Shown: in pieces, positions 9,914 to 18,569 of the stretch
Layout of the letters: the number at the start of each line of letters is the position of its first letter
Numbering within the stretch: the stretch's first letter is position 1
NCBI GenBank assembly: GCA_964571255.1
Contig: CAZNAA010000001.1
Coordinates: 359,674-423,673 of the forward strand
DNA from: an uncultured Gammaproteobacteria bacterium
Lineage (GTDB): Bacteria > Patescibacteriota > Microgenomatia > Levybacterales > UBA12049
Direction: 5' to 3'
DNA length: 64,000 bases
Made by a program: the position numbers and the translations under genes
Notes under the pieces: generated by a model
Databases searched by the model: none
Told to the model about the DNA's origin: nothing
The model's input: the letters and a program-made list of their open reading frames with translations, nothing else

Positions 9914-10548
9914 CTTACTTTTTGGATACTCTTTGCAGCAGAGTAGATTCTAGGATAAAGTGCTTCAACTACCTCTGCACCCATTCGCATATATTGAGGA
10001 ATAAAACCTTTTGGAGCAGGTCGAGCTTTAAATGCAGAATATCTCCCATATACTCTGTTGGCTGCTTCCCGTATAAGAAGTCTTCCCGTTGGATCAAAAA
10101 GGAGTAGAGCTTTGGTAATTTTATAATCTTCTGCTTGATAGTAACTTACTTGTTGTCCTGAAAAAGAATGAGTAATTTGAACACATTTGAGCATATCTTT
10201 TATACCTGCTGCCATATCAATATCAGTTAAGAATAAATCGATATTCCCACCATCTAAATTATTAAGACCTCTGTCAATCAACAGATTACTGAATACTTTG
10301 TTAAAATATTCTTTTGTAAGATCAACCGGATTTGAGATCCCCTTTCCTTCTCGTAGTTCGAGTAGGTTCTGAAATAAACCCGTTCTTTGTCTATTAATAT
10401 CATTCAGTAATGATACTCTGTCCACGAGGCGATACTTACTAACAGCTCTGATATATCGTATTGATACTCTGTGTGGAAAAAAATCAACTCGTTCTTGAAA
10501 AACTTTTTTATATTCTACTTCAGCCCGCATGAGATTAGACTCTTTCAA
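9910..10548 (-). CDS. hypothetical protein
   Basis: The 212-aa ORF has normal local composition and overlaps its neighbours compactly. It has a possible minimal nucleotidyltransferase-like GG...DID stretch. No confident family assignment can be made. Confidence 0.4.
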   Translation of the reverse strand: MKESNLMRAEVEYKKVFQERVDFFPHRVSIRYIRAVSKYRLVDRVSLLNDINRQRTGLFQNLLELREGKGISNPVDLTKEYFNKVFSNLLIDRGLNNLDGGNIDLFLTDIDMAAGIKDMLKCVQITHSFSGQQVSYYQAEDYKITKALLLFDPTGRLLIREAANRVYGRYSAFKARPAPKGFIPQYMRMGAEVVEALYPRIYSAAKSIQKVS

Positions 10549-11935
10549 CGAAGATCATATTTGTTGATCCCGTTTTCCCAAATGGCATACCAGCTGCGAT
10601 AACAAACGGATCACCTTTTTTTAGATTTAAAATTCCGTTATCTTTTGCAACTCTCTGAGCTTGTTCTCGCATATTCATAAATCCTGTTGTAGTTTTGATA
10701 AGACGAGGATGGACTCCCCATGAAAAATTTAAGTTTCGAACATGAGCTTGATCAGGAGAAAGTGCAATAATGGTTTGCGGGTGACGGTGTCTGGAAATTC
10801 TTCTGGCTGTTACTCCTTTTTGAGTGAAAGCAACAATTAAATTGGCATGAATTTGATCAGCAATCTCTCCAATACTTGCACTCACTGCATGACTGACAGA
10901 ATCATCTTCACTATAGATTCGTGGAGTTACATGACTTAAGGCTTCTCTAATAATTTTTACCATCATTCGAACAGCTTCTGCGGGAAATTTGCCACTAGCT
11001 GTTTCTGCAGAAAGCATCACAGCATCAGTTCCATCTAAAATGGCATTTGCAACGTCTGTTACTTCAGCTCGAGTTGGAATAGGAGCATTAATCATGGACT
11101 CAAGCATTTGAGTTGCTGTAATAACTGGTTTTGCTTTAGCAAGACACAAGTTAATAAGTCTTTTTTGAATATGAGGAACTTCAGCAATAGGAATAGCCAG
11201 TCCCATATCACCTCTGGCAACCATTAACCCATCAGCTACTTCTAAAATCTTTTCTGCATTCTCAATTCCTAAAGCTGTTTCAATTTTGGCAATAATAAAT
11301 ATCTTTGAATCTTTAGGGAGAACATGCTTTACGGCTTCAATATCTTTTTCTGATTGAACAAAAGAAACAGCCAAAGCATCCGTTCCTAATTCAACCATTC
11401 GTTTAATATCTTTTCGATCCTTGTCTGATAATCCTGCACTCGCAAGAGACAATCCCTCTGCAGAAAATCCCTTTTTTGGTTTTAGTAGTCCTCCAACAAT
11501 GACTTCAGCCAATACACCTTCAGGAATTTGTTTTACTACACGCAATTTAATATACCCATCATCAATATATACTTCAGCGTTTGGTTTTAAAAAATCAACA
11601 ATTGAGGAATGATTTAAACTAAATCCTTCTTCATTTCCAATAATTTGCTCTTTATGGATTTTAACCTTTTCTCCCCGTTTCAGAATGGTATTTTCCTCCA
11701 TATCTCCACAACGAATTTTTGGTCCTGCCAAATCTCCCATAACAGTTAATGGACGACCAATTTCTTTCTCTGCTGCTCTGACCCATTCTAATCTACTTTT
11801 CATTTCCGACTCACTTGCATGAGACAGATTAATTCGGAAAACATCTACTCCTTCTTTCGCAAGTTCTAGTAAAGCTTCTGGGGAATCAACAGCGGGACCA
11901 ACGGTTGCAATAATTTTTACTTTTTTATCAATCAT
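10535..11935 (-). CDS. pyk: pyruvate kinase
   Basis: The N-terminus reads KIIATVGPA...FRINLSHA...GPKIR. The MVARGDMG motif is present. Confidence 0.95.
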   Translation of the reverse strand: MIDKKVKIIATVGPAVDSPEALLELAKEGVDVFRINLSHASESEMKSRLEWVRAAEKEIGRPLTVMGDLAGPKIRCGDMEENTILKRGEKVKIHKEQIIGNEEGFSLNHSSIVDFLKPNAEVYIDDGYIKLRVVKQIPEGVLAEVIVGGLLKPKKGFSAEGLSLASAGLSDKDRKDIKRMVELGTDALAVSFVQSEKDIEAVKHVLPKDSKIFIIAKIETALGIENAEKILEVADGLMVARGDMGLAIPIAEVPHIQKRLINLCLAKAKPVITATQMLESMINAPIPTRAEVTDVANAILDGTDAVMLSAETASGKFPAEAVRMMVKIIREALSHVTPRIYSEDDSVSHAVSASIGEIADQIHANLIVAFTQKGVTARRISRHRHPQTIIALSPDQAHVRNLNFSWGVHPRLIKTTTGFMNMREQAQRVAKDNGILNLKKGDPFVIAAGMPFGKTGSTNMIFVERV

Positions 11936-11983
11936 AGATGTATTCTACAGTTACTATAGGGATTTTACAAGAAGTGGAGCAAC

Positions 11984-12406
11984 TTATTCTGTAACTTCTG
12001 CTTTCTTTCCTCTGTGAAAACGCGCTCTCCTTGGAGATAAATGCGTACGTTGCATATATCTTCTCCACCTCTGATCAGCTTCAGTAATACCACTAAGATA
12101 TGTTTCCAAATCTGCTAGTCGACCATGATGTTGTTCTGCTATCTGATACGCAGATCTACAAACCACATATTCTTCGTTTGCCGAAATAAGAGCAGCGTTC
12201 GTATCTCTGTGTGATTCTTCCATATATGCATGCGCTATTTCTGCTTCAATCAATCTTCTCGTAGCATGATCTAATCCTGCTAGTAAAGCATCTAGATCTT
12301 CTTGTGAATCACTTGCTGCAGTTTTCACTTCAAGGAGTTCTCTTGGAGGTTGATTATTATATTCAGCAAATGCCGTACTTCTTGAAAAACTTTCATGTGT
12401 TGCCAT
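11984..12406 (-). CDS. hypothetical protein (helical, acidic; no recognisable domain)
   Basis: This is a 140-aa ORF lying between pyk and rplS. Its composition is slightly more GC-rich than flanking genes. Confidence 0.4.
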   Translation of the reverse strand: MATHESFSRSTAFAEYNNQPPRELLEVKTAASDSQEDLDALLAGLDHATRRLIEAEIAHAYMEESHRDTNAALISANEEYVVCRSAYQIAEQHHGRLADLETYLSGITEADQRWRRYMQRTHLSPRRARFHRGKKAEVTE

Positions 12407-12424
12407 AGAAGAATAAAATGAGAA

Positions 12425-12709
12425 TTAACTTTTTGGAACTTTGAGGTGATTCAGTTTTGCTCTTCTGATTCGACGTTTTGGTCCTGCGACAATTTCAACT
12501 CTTTCAATATTTGGTCCTGCAATTGGATAGATCTTTTCAACTCCAATAGGTCCTACCTTTTTTTGAACAGTGAACATTTTATTCATTCCTCGTCCACGAA
12601 TTCCAAGAACTACTCCTTGAAATACTTGTACACGAGTCTTATCACCCTCTTGAATTTTCTGATGAACTTTTACCACGTCGCCTGGTTTAAAGTTAATTGT
12701 TGTAATCAT
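12425..12709 (-). CDS. rplS: 50S ribosomal protein L19
   Basis: The L19 core reads FKPGDVVKV...FQGVVLG...FTVQKK..GVEKI.P...RRAKL. The start is placed at the internal Met (MITTINFKPGD). The 24-aa upstream extension in the ORF track does not look like L19. Confidence 0.85.
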   Translation of the reverse strand: MITTINFKPGDVVKVHQKIQEGDKTRVQVFQGVVLGIRGRGMNKMFTVQKKVGPIGVEKIYPIAGPNIERVEIVAGPKRRIRRAKLNHLKVPKS

Positions 12710-12806
12710 ACCGATTATTATACAAGAATTTGCGCTTGGCCGCAACAGTGATATAATCACTCTCATGGCTGAACGTTTCACTCCTTTACACGCTGTAAAA
12801 GACTAA

Positions 12807-14474
12807 CTATTTGCTACATGCTTTGATAAATTCTAAAAACAAGGGATGGGGAGATAACGGTCTACTCTTATACTCCGGATGTCCTTGAGTTCCCATATAG
12901 AAAGGATGATCTTTCTCAGAAAGCTCAATAATCTCAACAAGATTTTCAACTACCGATCGAGCAGAGATAATAAGACCTTTATTCTCTAGTTCTTTTGCAT
13001 ATTCATCATTAAATTCATATCGATGTCTATGTCTTTCACTCGTTAATCCTGTTTTCTCATCAATCATTCCTCCATGTTTTTTATAGATCTCATAGGCTTT
13101 AGTTCCTTTTTTGACAATTGCTTCCCAACTCCCCAGCCTCATCGTTCCTCCATATGCACGTCTCTCCATGAGCTCTTTTTGAGAAGGGATCAAGTGAATA
13201 ACGAGATCTTTTGATTTAGGATCAATTTCTTGGGATGAGGCAGTCTTAAGTCCTAACATATCCCGAGCATAGGCAATAACAGCAAGTTGCATGCCATAAC
13301 AAAGTCCAAGATAAGGAATTTTCTTCTTTCGAGCATAACTGGCTGCAGCAATCATTCCTTCAGTTCCCCGCTCTCCCCAGCCAATGGGAACAATAATACC
13401 ATCTGGTTTTCCAATTTGTTTTTCAAGTCCTTCTTTCTCAACTTTTTCTGCATCAACCCATTTTGTCTTTACTTTCACTCCTATTTTCCATGAAGCGTGA
13501 TCAATTGCATCAAAAAGAGCAGCATAGGAATCTCTGATTTGATACTCCCCTGTTCCAAAGTATTTTCCAATAATGGCAATTTCAATTTCTTTCTTCTTTT
13601 CTTTTTTGACTTCATTCACAAAATTTTCCCAATCAGTAAGTTTCGGTCGTTTTACCGCTAGTCCTAATTTTTGCAGGATTCTTTTATCTAATCCCTGTTG
13701 ACTAAGAATACTTGGAATCTCATAAACTGATTTTACATCCGGATTTGAAAGAATATCCTCTGGATGCATGTTACAAAACAGAGCAAATCGAGCTCTTCGT
13801 CTTTCATCAAGTAAACTGTCTGATCTGGCAATAATAAAATCTGGTTGGATTCCCATGGAGTTAAGGGTACGGACAGACAGTTGGGTTGGTTTGGTTTTTG
13901 GTTCTCCCAAGTGATTGGGGGTTGGCATATAGCTAACGTGAATATGAATCACGTCTCCTGGTCTCTTGAGAGTCAAAATACGAGATGCTTCATAGTAAAA
14001 GATATTCTGATATTCTCCTGCAGTTCCCCCAAGCTCAATAATGACAATATCTGCATCAACCTTTTTCCCAGCAATTTCAATTCGTTTAATAATTTCATCC
14101 GTTATATGAGGAATTGCTTCAACTGTTTTTCCTTGATATTCAAATCGTCTTTCTTTTTCAATAACTGTTTGATAAATTTTCCCTATGGTAACAAAATTTT
14201 CCTTCCCCATATCTTGGTGAAGAAACTTCTCATAGGTTCCAATATCCATATCCGTTTCTGTTCCATCTTCACACAAAAAAGAATCTCCATGTTCAATGGG
14301 GTTGATTGTTCCAGCATCAAGGTTTAGATAATTTTCAAATTTAATGGGGGCAATAGTATATCCTGCTGATTTGAGGAGAAGAGCTACTGAGGCGGTCGTA
14401 ATTCCTTTACCTATTCCAGAAATTACGCCTCCTGAAACAAAGATGAATTTTGTTCTCTTTTTTGTTGAGGGCAC
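12807..14474 (-). CDS. pyrG: CTP synthase
   Basis: The 555-aa product has the N-terminal synthetase domain VSGGVISGIGKGI. The C-terminal class-I glutamine amidotransferase has the GLCYGMQ triad region. Confidence 0.97.
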   Translation of the reverse strand: MPSTKKRTKFIFVSGGVISGIGKGITTASVALLLKSAGYTIAPIKFENYLNLDAGTINPIEHGDSFLCEDGTETDMDIGTYEKFLHQDMGKENFVTIGKIYQTVIEKERRFEYQGKTVEAIPHITDEIIKRIEIAGKKVDADIVIIELGGTAGEYQNIFYYEASRILTLKRPGDVIHIHVSYMPTPNHLGEPKTKPTQLSVRTLNSMGIQPDFIIARSDSLLDERRRARFALFCNMHPEDILSNPDVKSVYEIPSILSQQGLDKRILQKLGLAVKRPKLTDWENFVNEVKKEKKKEIEIAIIGKYFGTGEYQIRDSYAALFDAIDHASWKIGVKVKTKWVDAEKVEKEGLEKQIGKPDGIIVPIGWGERGTEGMIAAASYARKKKIPYLGLCYGMQLAVIAYARDMLGLKTASSQEIDPKSKDLVIHLIPSQKELMERRAYGGTMRLGSWEAIVKKGTKAYEIYKKHGGMIDEKTGLTSERHRHRYEFNDEYAKELENKGLIISARSVVENLVEIIELSEKDHPFYMGTQGHPEYKSRPLSPHPLFLEFIKACSK

Positions 14475-14724
14475 GATTTATCCTAACAAAGAGTTGGTTA
14501 CTCGTCAAGGGGAATAATTCATATGTACTGCACTATGCTCTAGCCTAACGCTAGGGGTAGTATGTATTCTCAATTTTAGTCTCATAGTTTACTTCGCCTC
14601 ACTTTTTTCGTATAATCCTTTTAGTTTTAGCTTCAACTCTTTTCTAAATTGCTGATTTGAGGAGAATCTATTACTTTTTATTCTCTTGCACATTAATAGT
14701 TGTGGAAATATATATACTCTGCTT

Positions 14725-14783
14725 TTTGAAGCAAGGTAATAGGATGAGAAAACACTTTTTTCCTTCTTTTTACTTGCTTCAAA
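14725..14783. repeat. 11-bp inverted repeat (tTTGAAGCAAG ... CTTGCTTCAAa) with a 37-nt spacer
   Basis: The arms are perfect reverse complements. The repeat sits about 70 nt upstream of the small ORF at 14850. Confidence 0.4.
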
Positions 14784-14849
14784 CCTACCGGAAGTCGGAT
14801 AGGAGAAGCAGGAGAAGACAAAGGAGCCGAGAGGCAGAAAGGAAGAGCC

Positions 14850-15104
14850 ATGTACTGGATTTTGATAGTTATGATGTTCAGTGGCTTTCCTCTATCGATC
14901 CTGGGAGGCTGCATCTACAAGAAAGACACCTTGAGGGAAACAGCAGGATTAGCAATGATCCTTGTTGCTACCGTGTTTTCGATGCTAGGATTCTTTATAG
15001 CAAGTCAAGCACTCAGGTTTGACCAAGCGTTCGTTCTTCCTTCATGCGTTCTCCTCGGAATGATAGTCGCAGGAGTAGGCCTTGTCATAGGAGAGCTGAA
15101 GTAA
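14850..15104 (+). CDS. small 2-TM membrane protein (hypothetical)
   Basis: The 84-aa product has two hydrophobic helices joined by a basic YKKDTLRET turn. A purine-rich SD-like AGGAAG precedes the ATG. The gene is GC-enriched relative to the genome. It is preferred over the overlapping low-complexity ORF 14657-15022. Confidence 0.45.
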   Translation: MYWILIVMMFSGFPLSILGGCIYKKDTLRETAGLAMILVATVFSMLGFFIASQALRFDQAFVLPSCVLLGMIVAGVGLVIGELK

Positions 15105-15149
15105 AAAGAAAGGAGGTATCACAACTAAATATATCGCAAGAAATGGCGT

Positions 15150-15171
15150 CCCGCTGCTTAACAGCAGCGGG
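15150..15171. terminator. GC-rich hairpin (9-bp stem CCCGCTGCT / AGCAGCGGG, 4-nt loop); possible bidirectional terminator
   Basis: It lies between the convergent small ORF (+) and the MazG-like gene (-). There is no clean U-tract, so this is tentative. Confidence 0.35.
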
Positions 15172-15245
15172 CGCCTGTCTCTACTCAAATTTATATATCC
15201 TCAATATATTAATTCATTGAGTGTGTAATCTTTCATCAAAGAAGT

Positions 15246-15575
15246 TTATTTTTTCTCCCATCTATCTTTATCCCGTCCGTAACACTTATCCATTGTTTTT
15301 TTGAAATGCGTATCCATATCAATTTCTAAAGAATTAGATAAACAAGTAAGAGTAAAAATAATATCAGCTATCTCATCTCCAATTTCTGCATTCTCTTCCT
15401 CTGGTTTTTTCTTTTTTGGACCAAAGCGGTGATTCAACTCTCTGGCTAACTCTCCTGTCTCTTCAGTAAGTCTGGCAAGAATTTCAAGAGGTTTAAAATA
15501 GCCAATCTTGTACTGAGTAACCCAGTCATCTACTTGTTTTTGAACATCTTTCATTTTTTCTGAGTATATTCCCAC
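15246..15575 (-). CDS. MazG-like nucleotide pyrophosphohydrolase domain protein
   Basis: The 109-aa product has the EExGE-type motif LTEETGELARE. The second acidic cluster EIGDEIADI is present. Confidence 0.75.
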   Translation of the reverse strand: MGIYSEKMKDVQKQVDDWVTQYKIGYFKPLEILARLTEETGELARELNHRFGPKKKKPEEENAEIGDEIADIIFTLTCLSNSLEIDMDTHFKKTMDKCYGRDKDRWEKK

Positions 15576-15997
15576 TCCCTGACAACTTCAAGTGCTTCTT
15601 CTTCTAGATCTGAAAGATGAACAAGCTCTAGTGGTTCATTAAACATACTAATGAGTTTCTTTGTATCTTCTGGAGTTTCATAATAGAGTCCTGAAACTTT
15701 TGATTTTGGAATAGCATAGACAATTCGTCTGATTCCAGACCAATACGCAACTCCCGTACACATCAGACAAGATTCAAGTCCAATATACAGAGTAGCATCA
15801 GTCAAAACTCCTTCTTTTTCAAATGCGGAAGATATGGCTTTAGAATCAGCATGAAATAACCCAGGATACGAAGAACTCACTGCTGATGATAGGACCTTAT
15901 CGTGTCTTACGACAATTGCACCTGCTGGAAAGTTTCCTTGCTCAAAGGATTGTTTTGAATTTTCAATAGCTTGTTTTAGATAGTCTTTATCCAACAT
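15551..15997 (-). CDS. CMP/dCMP-type (TadA-like) deaminase family protein
   Basis: The zinc-binding motifs read H-A-D...SCLMC. The usual catalytic Glu in HAE is replaced by Asp. Confidence 0.7.
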   Translation of the reverse strand: MLDKDYLKQAIENSKQSFEQGNFPAGAIVVRHDKVLSSAVSSSYPGLFHADSKAISSAFEKEGVLTDATLYIGLESCLMCTGVAYWSGIRRIVYAIPKSKVSGLYYETPEDTKKLISMFNEPLELVHLSDLEEEALEVVREWEYTQKK

Positions 15998-16000
15998 AAA

Positions 16001-16258
16001 TTAAAGGATTTCATTCATTTTATAAAAACAAAATCCCCCAAGTCCCCCTACTACTCCAGCTATTGCGGGAAGAAGAAGATACGTTGAAATAAAAGAGAGT
16101 GAATGGAGTGTATTAAGGGAAATAAGATTTCCTAATTGTTGATTTACTTGTTCAATAAATATCACAATTGAAGAAATGATCTGGGGATAGAAAGAAGGAG
16201 CTGAAATACCCAATCCTATTCCAATTAGCATTCCAGTAGCAATATATTGTTTATACAT
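16001..16258 (-). CDS. hypothetical small membrane protein
   Basis: The 85-aa product is strongly hydrophobic with a G-rich C-terminal helix. Confidence 0.35.
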   Translation of the reverse strand: MYKQYIATGMLIGIGLGISAPSFYPQIISSIVIFIEQVNQQLGNLISLNTLHSLSFISTYLLLPAIAGVVGGLGGFCFYKMNEIL

Positions 16259-16265
16259 GAATCAA

Positions 16266-17327
16266 TTATTCCTCTAGTGTATCATTTGCTAAAAATATCT
16301 TTAAGCGATTCACCTCTTCCTCTAGCTCTTTGTCAAACTCTTTACTCTTTGGACAAGAGGTAGTAAATCCAAGATCAATATTCAACTCTTTATTCACTCT
16401 TTTAATATTTGCCCATCCAATCATCTCCTCACCCCACAATAGAGGCATGGCATAATATCCTCTAATGCGTTTTATTGAAGGAACATAAGCTTCAAACTGA
16501 TATAACCATCCAAATAGATGTTCAAACCTGAATCTATCTCTGACAACGGGATCAAAAGGAGAGAGAAACTTCACACTTTGAGAGATTTTTAAGTCCTTAA
16601 GTTTTTCGGTTGGCCAAAGATAGGTCAGTCCATCAATCGTTTGTTGCGAAAGTTCACCTGAATCTAGAAGTTTCTTAATAATCTGTTTGGTATTTCCAAA
16701 ATGATGATGTATTCGATGAAGTGATTGGCTTAACGTCTTAGAAGTTACTGGTGCCATAATATCCACCATAACCAAAATAAGTTTACTTACTCTTTCTTCC
16801 AAAGAAAGAACTTCATTGTCTAGTGAAAAGGCTTGGTACACTCTATTGCTTCCTTCTCGTCTTACTACTCTAAGAAGACCGTAATAATGTAATCGGTCCA
16901 GAGCCATCTTGCTTGATCTTGAATATCCTCCCCACCAATTCAGCTCACGTTTTTTTTCGAAATACTTTTCTAAATCTTTAGGGTGAATCTCGCCTATTTT
17001 TCGAACGGTTTCTAGTACTTCTTTATCAAACGTACTCAGATCAACACTAGTTCGAGGATGAAGGAGTCTCCATACCTCACGAGTAAGATATCCATGAGCA
17101 TAGAAAAAGTCTTCTTCCAATCCTAGTAATTCATATTGTTTACTAATATCCCCAACATGATAGTTTGTAACTCGATGTCTGAGCATGAGATCCTGAGTAG
17201 GAGCGGGTGAGCGAATTGGATCGATTTGAACAAATTTGAGTTTTTCAATTGCTTCTTTAAGCGAAACTGGAGAAAAAAGGGAGTGAGAGAGAGTAAAACG
17301 TTTTAGTTGTTGTTTCGTATAACTCAT
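16266..17327 (-). CDS. winged-helix DNA glycosylase-like protein (YcaQ/DUF1006 family, putative crosslink repair)
   Basis: The N-terminal region is VQIDPI...APTQDLMLRHRV, with C-terminal YcaQ-like segments. The start is moved to Met20 (MSYTKQ). The ORF-track N-terminus overlaps tRNA-Gly. Confidence 0.6.
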   Translation of the reverse strand: MSYTKQQLKRFTLSHSLFSPVSLKEAIEKLKFVQIDPIRSPAPTQDLMLRHRVTNYHVGDISKQYELLGLEEDFFYAHGYLTREVWRLLHPRTSVDLSTFDKEVLETVRKIGEIHPKDLEKYFEKKRELNWWGGYSRSSKMALDRLHYYGLLRVVRREGSNRVYQAFSLDNEVLSLEERVSKLILVMVDIMAPVTSKTLSQSLHRIHHHFGNTKQIIKKLLDSGELSQQTIDGLTYLWPTEKLKDLKISQSVKFLSPFDPVVRDRFRFEHLFGWLYQFEAYVPSIKRIRGYYAMPLLWGEEMIGWANIKRVNKELNIDLGFTTSCPKSKEFDKELEEEVNRLKIFLANDTLEE

Positions 17328-17334
17328 TACTAAG

Positions 17335-17406
17335 AGCGGCGAACCGGGTTCGAACCGGCGACCTCTTCCTTGGGAAGGAAGCATTCTACCACTGAACTAC
17401 CGCCGC
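17335..17406 (-). tRNA. tRNA-Gly (anticodon CCC)
   Basis: The minus-strand sequence is GCGGCGGTAGTTCAGTGGTAGAATGCTTCCTTCCCAAGGAAGAGGTCGCCGGTTCGAACCCGGTTCGCCGCT. It folds as a cloverleaf with a 7-bp acceptor stem, a TTCGAAC T-loop and anticodon loop TTCCCAA. Confidence 0.85.
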
Positions 17407-17423
17407 GCAAAAGTATTATACTA

Positions 17424-18317
17424 CTACTTTCTTGGGATAGTTAAGACATTTCCTGAGTGAATGGTTGAAGGATGGACTAATTTATTTGCACTAGCAATTT
17501 CACTCCATCTATACCCATCTCCATATGCTCTTACAGCAATATCCCATAATTGATCTCCATGTTTTACCGTATAGGTATCTCCATTAATCTTTCCAGTTTG
17601 TACTGTTGCTTGAAGTGTTGGTTTTGTTTCAGTTTTCGCTACTGACTTACTTGTATCTACTTTTGGAAGAGTTAGTTTAGTTCCAATATATAAAACATTT
17701 GGATTTTCTAGTTTGTTAGCTTTAGCAATTTCACTCCATTTATATCCATCTTTATATACTCTTTCAGCAATACTCCAAAGTGAATCTCCACTCACTGTTG
17801 TATAGGAAGTTCCCGTAATTGGTTGTGATGCATTTGATTTTGCAACTGGTGTTGGTGTAGCAGTTGGTTTCATTGTTGGGACAGGAGTTGCTGTTGTTTT
17901 AACTTCAGGCTTTGCTGTAGGAGTGGGAGTATTTGTTGGCTTAGGAGTCATGGTAGGAGTTGCTGTTGGATTCATCATTGGAGTAGGAGTTACAGTTGGG
18001 ACTCTGGTTGGAGTCACAGATACTTCACTCTCTGGAGTAATAGTTAGAGGAAGCGTTTTTGCTAATTTTTCATCTTGAGTATTTGTAGCTGAGATTTGCT
18101 CCTGCATTGATGATTCAGGAAGTGGAGTTCGACCGTTGAAAAAAGCAATAAAAAGAAGGGCTGACACAATAACAACAACTACTCCAAGTAAAAGACTCGT
18201 ATATGACTCACCAAAACGAAGATAGTCAAAAACTGTTGGATAAAAACCTTTTTCTGAAGAATCAATTTCTTGAGAGTAAAGTGATTGTTTTTTTGTGGAT
18301 TGTTTTTTAGCCGCCAT
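17424..18317 (-). CDS. LysM peptidoglycan-binding domain protein with N-terminal TM anchor and Pro/Thr-rich linker
   Basis: There are two C-terminal LysM repeats (TYTV..GDSLWSIA / TYTVKHGDQLWDIA). A PT-rich spacer and an N-terminal TM helix are present. Confidence 0.85.
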   Translation of the reverse strand: MAAKKQSTKKQSLYSQEIDSSEKGFYPTVFDYLRFGESYTSLLLGVVVVIVSALLFIAFFNGRTPLPESSMQEQISATNTQDEKLAKTLPLTITPESEVSVTPTRVPTVTPTPMMNPTATPTMTPKPTNTPTPTAKPEVKTTATPVPTMKPTATPTPVAKSNASQPITGTSYTTVSGDSLWSIAERVYKDGYKWSEIAKANKLENPNVLYIGTKLTLPKVDTSKSVAKTETKPTLQATVQTGKINGDTYTVKHGDQLWDIAVRAYGDGYRWSEIASANKLVHPSTIHSGNVLTIPRK

Positions 18318-18405
18318 AATAAATAGTTAGGCAGATATAAAGAACGTGGCCGAATGATACTAAAAATGTGATCAAATTACAAGAGGGAAAGAATATATTT
18401 TGGGG

Positions 18406-18479
18406 CGGGATTGACGGGACTCGGACCCGCGACCTCTTCCGTGACAGGGAAGCGCTCTAACCAACTGAGCTACAACCCC
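18406..18479 (-). tRNA. tRNA-Asp (anticodon GTC)
   Basis: The minus-strand sequence is GGGGTTGTAGCTCAGTTGGTTAGAGCGCTTCCCTGTCACGGAAGAGGTCGCGGGTTCGAGTCCCGTCAATCCCG. It folds as a cloverleaf with anticodon loop CTGTCAC. Confidence 0.85.
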
Positions 18480-18569
18480 AAAATTTGTAGGTTTATCTTA
18501 TCAAAATTGACTGAAAGACGCAATGATTCTTCTTTTCTCCTTTTTTTCTTTTTGCTATACTGGCTGTGA

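Noticed and set aside
14657-15022. The ORF-track 121-aa ORF (MRRIYYFLF...RRSRRRQRSREAER)
   Set aside because: It is low-complexity and Arg/Ser-rich. It overlaps the more plausible 2-TM ORF 14850-15104 and the upstream inverted repeat. It was judged spurious.
14475-15245. The GC-rich patches (14.7-15.2 kb, 40.7-41.6 kb, 61.7-62.0 kb) could be structured RNA genes (RNase P RNA, tmRNA, SRP RNA, 6S)
   Set aside because: I looked for RNase P P4 (AGGAAAGTCCGGGCTCC) and ACAGAANCCGGCTTA. I looked for the tmRNA ends (GGGGCTGATT ... TCCACCA tRNA-like 3' end) and the SRP domain IV (GGAAGCAGCCA). None were present. The patches instead contain clean ORFs with strong SD sequences.
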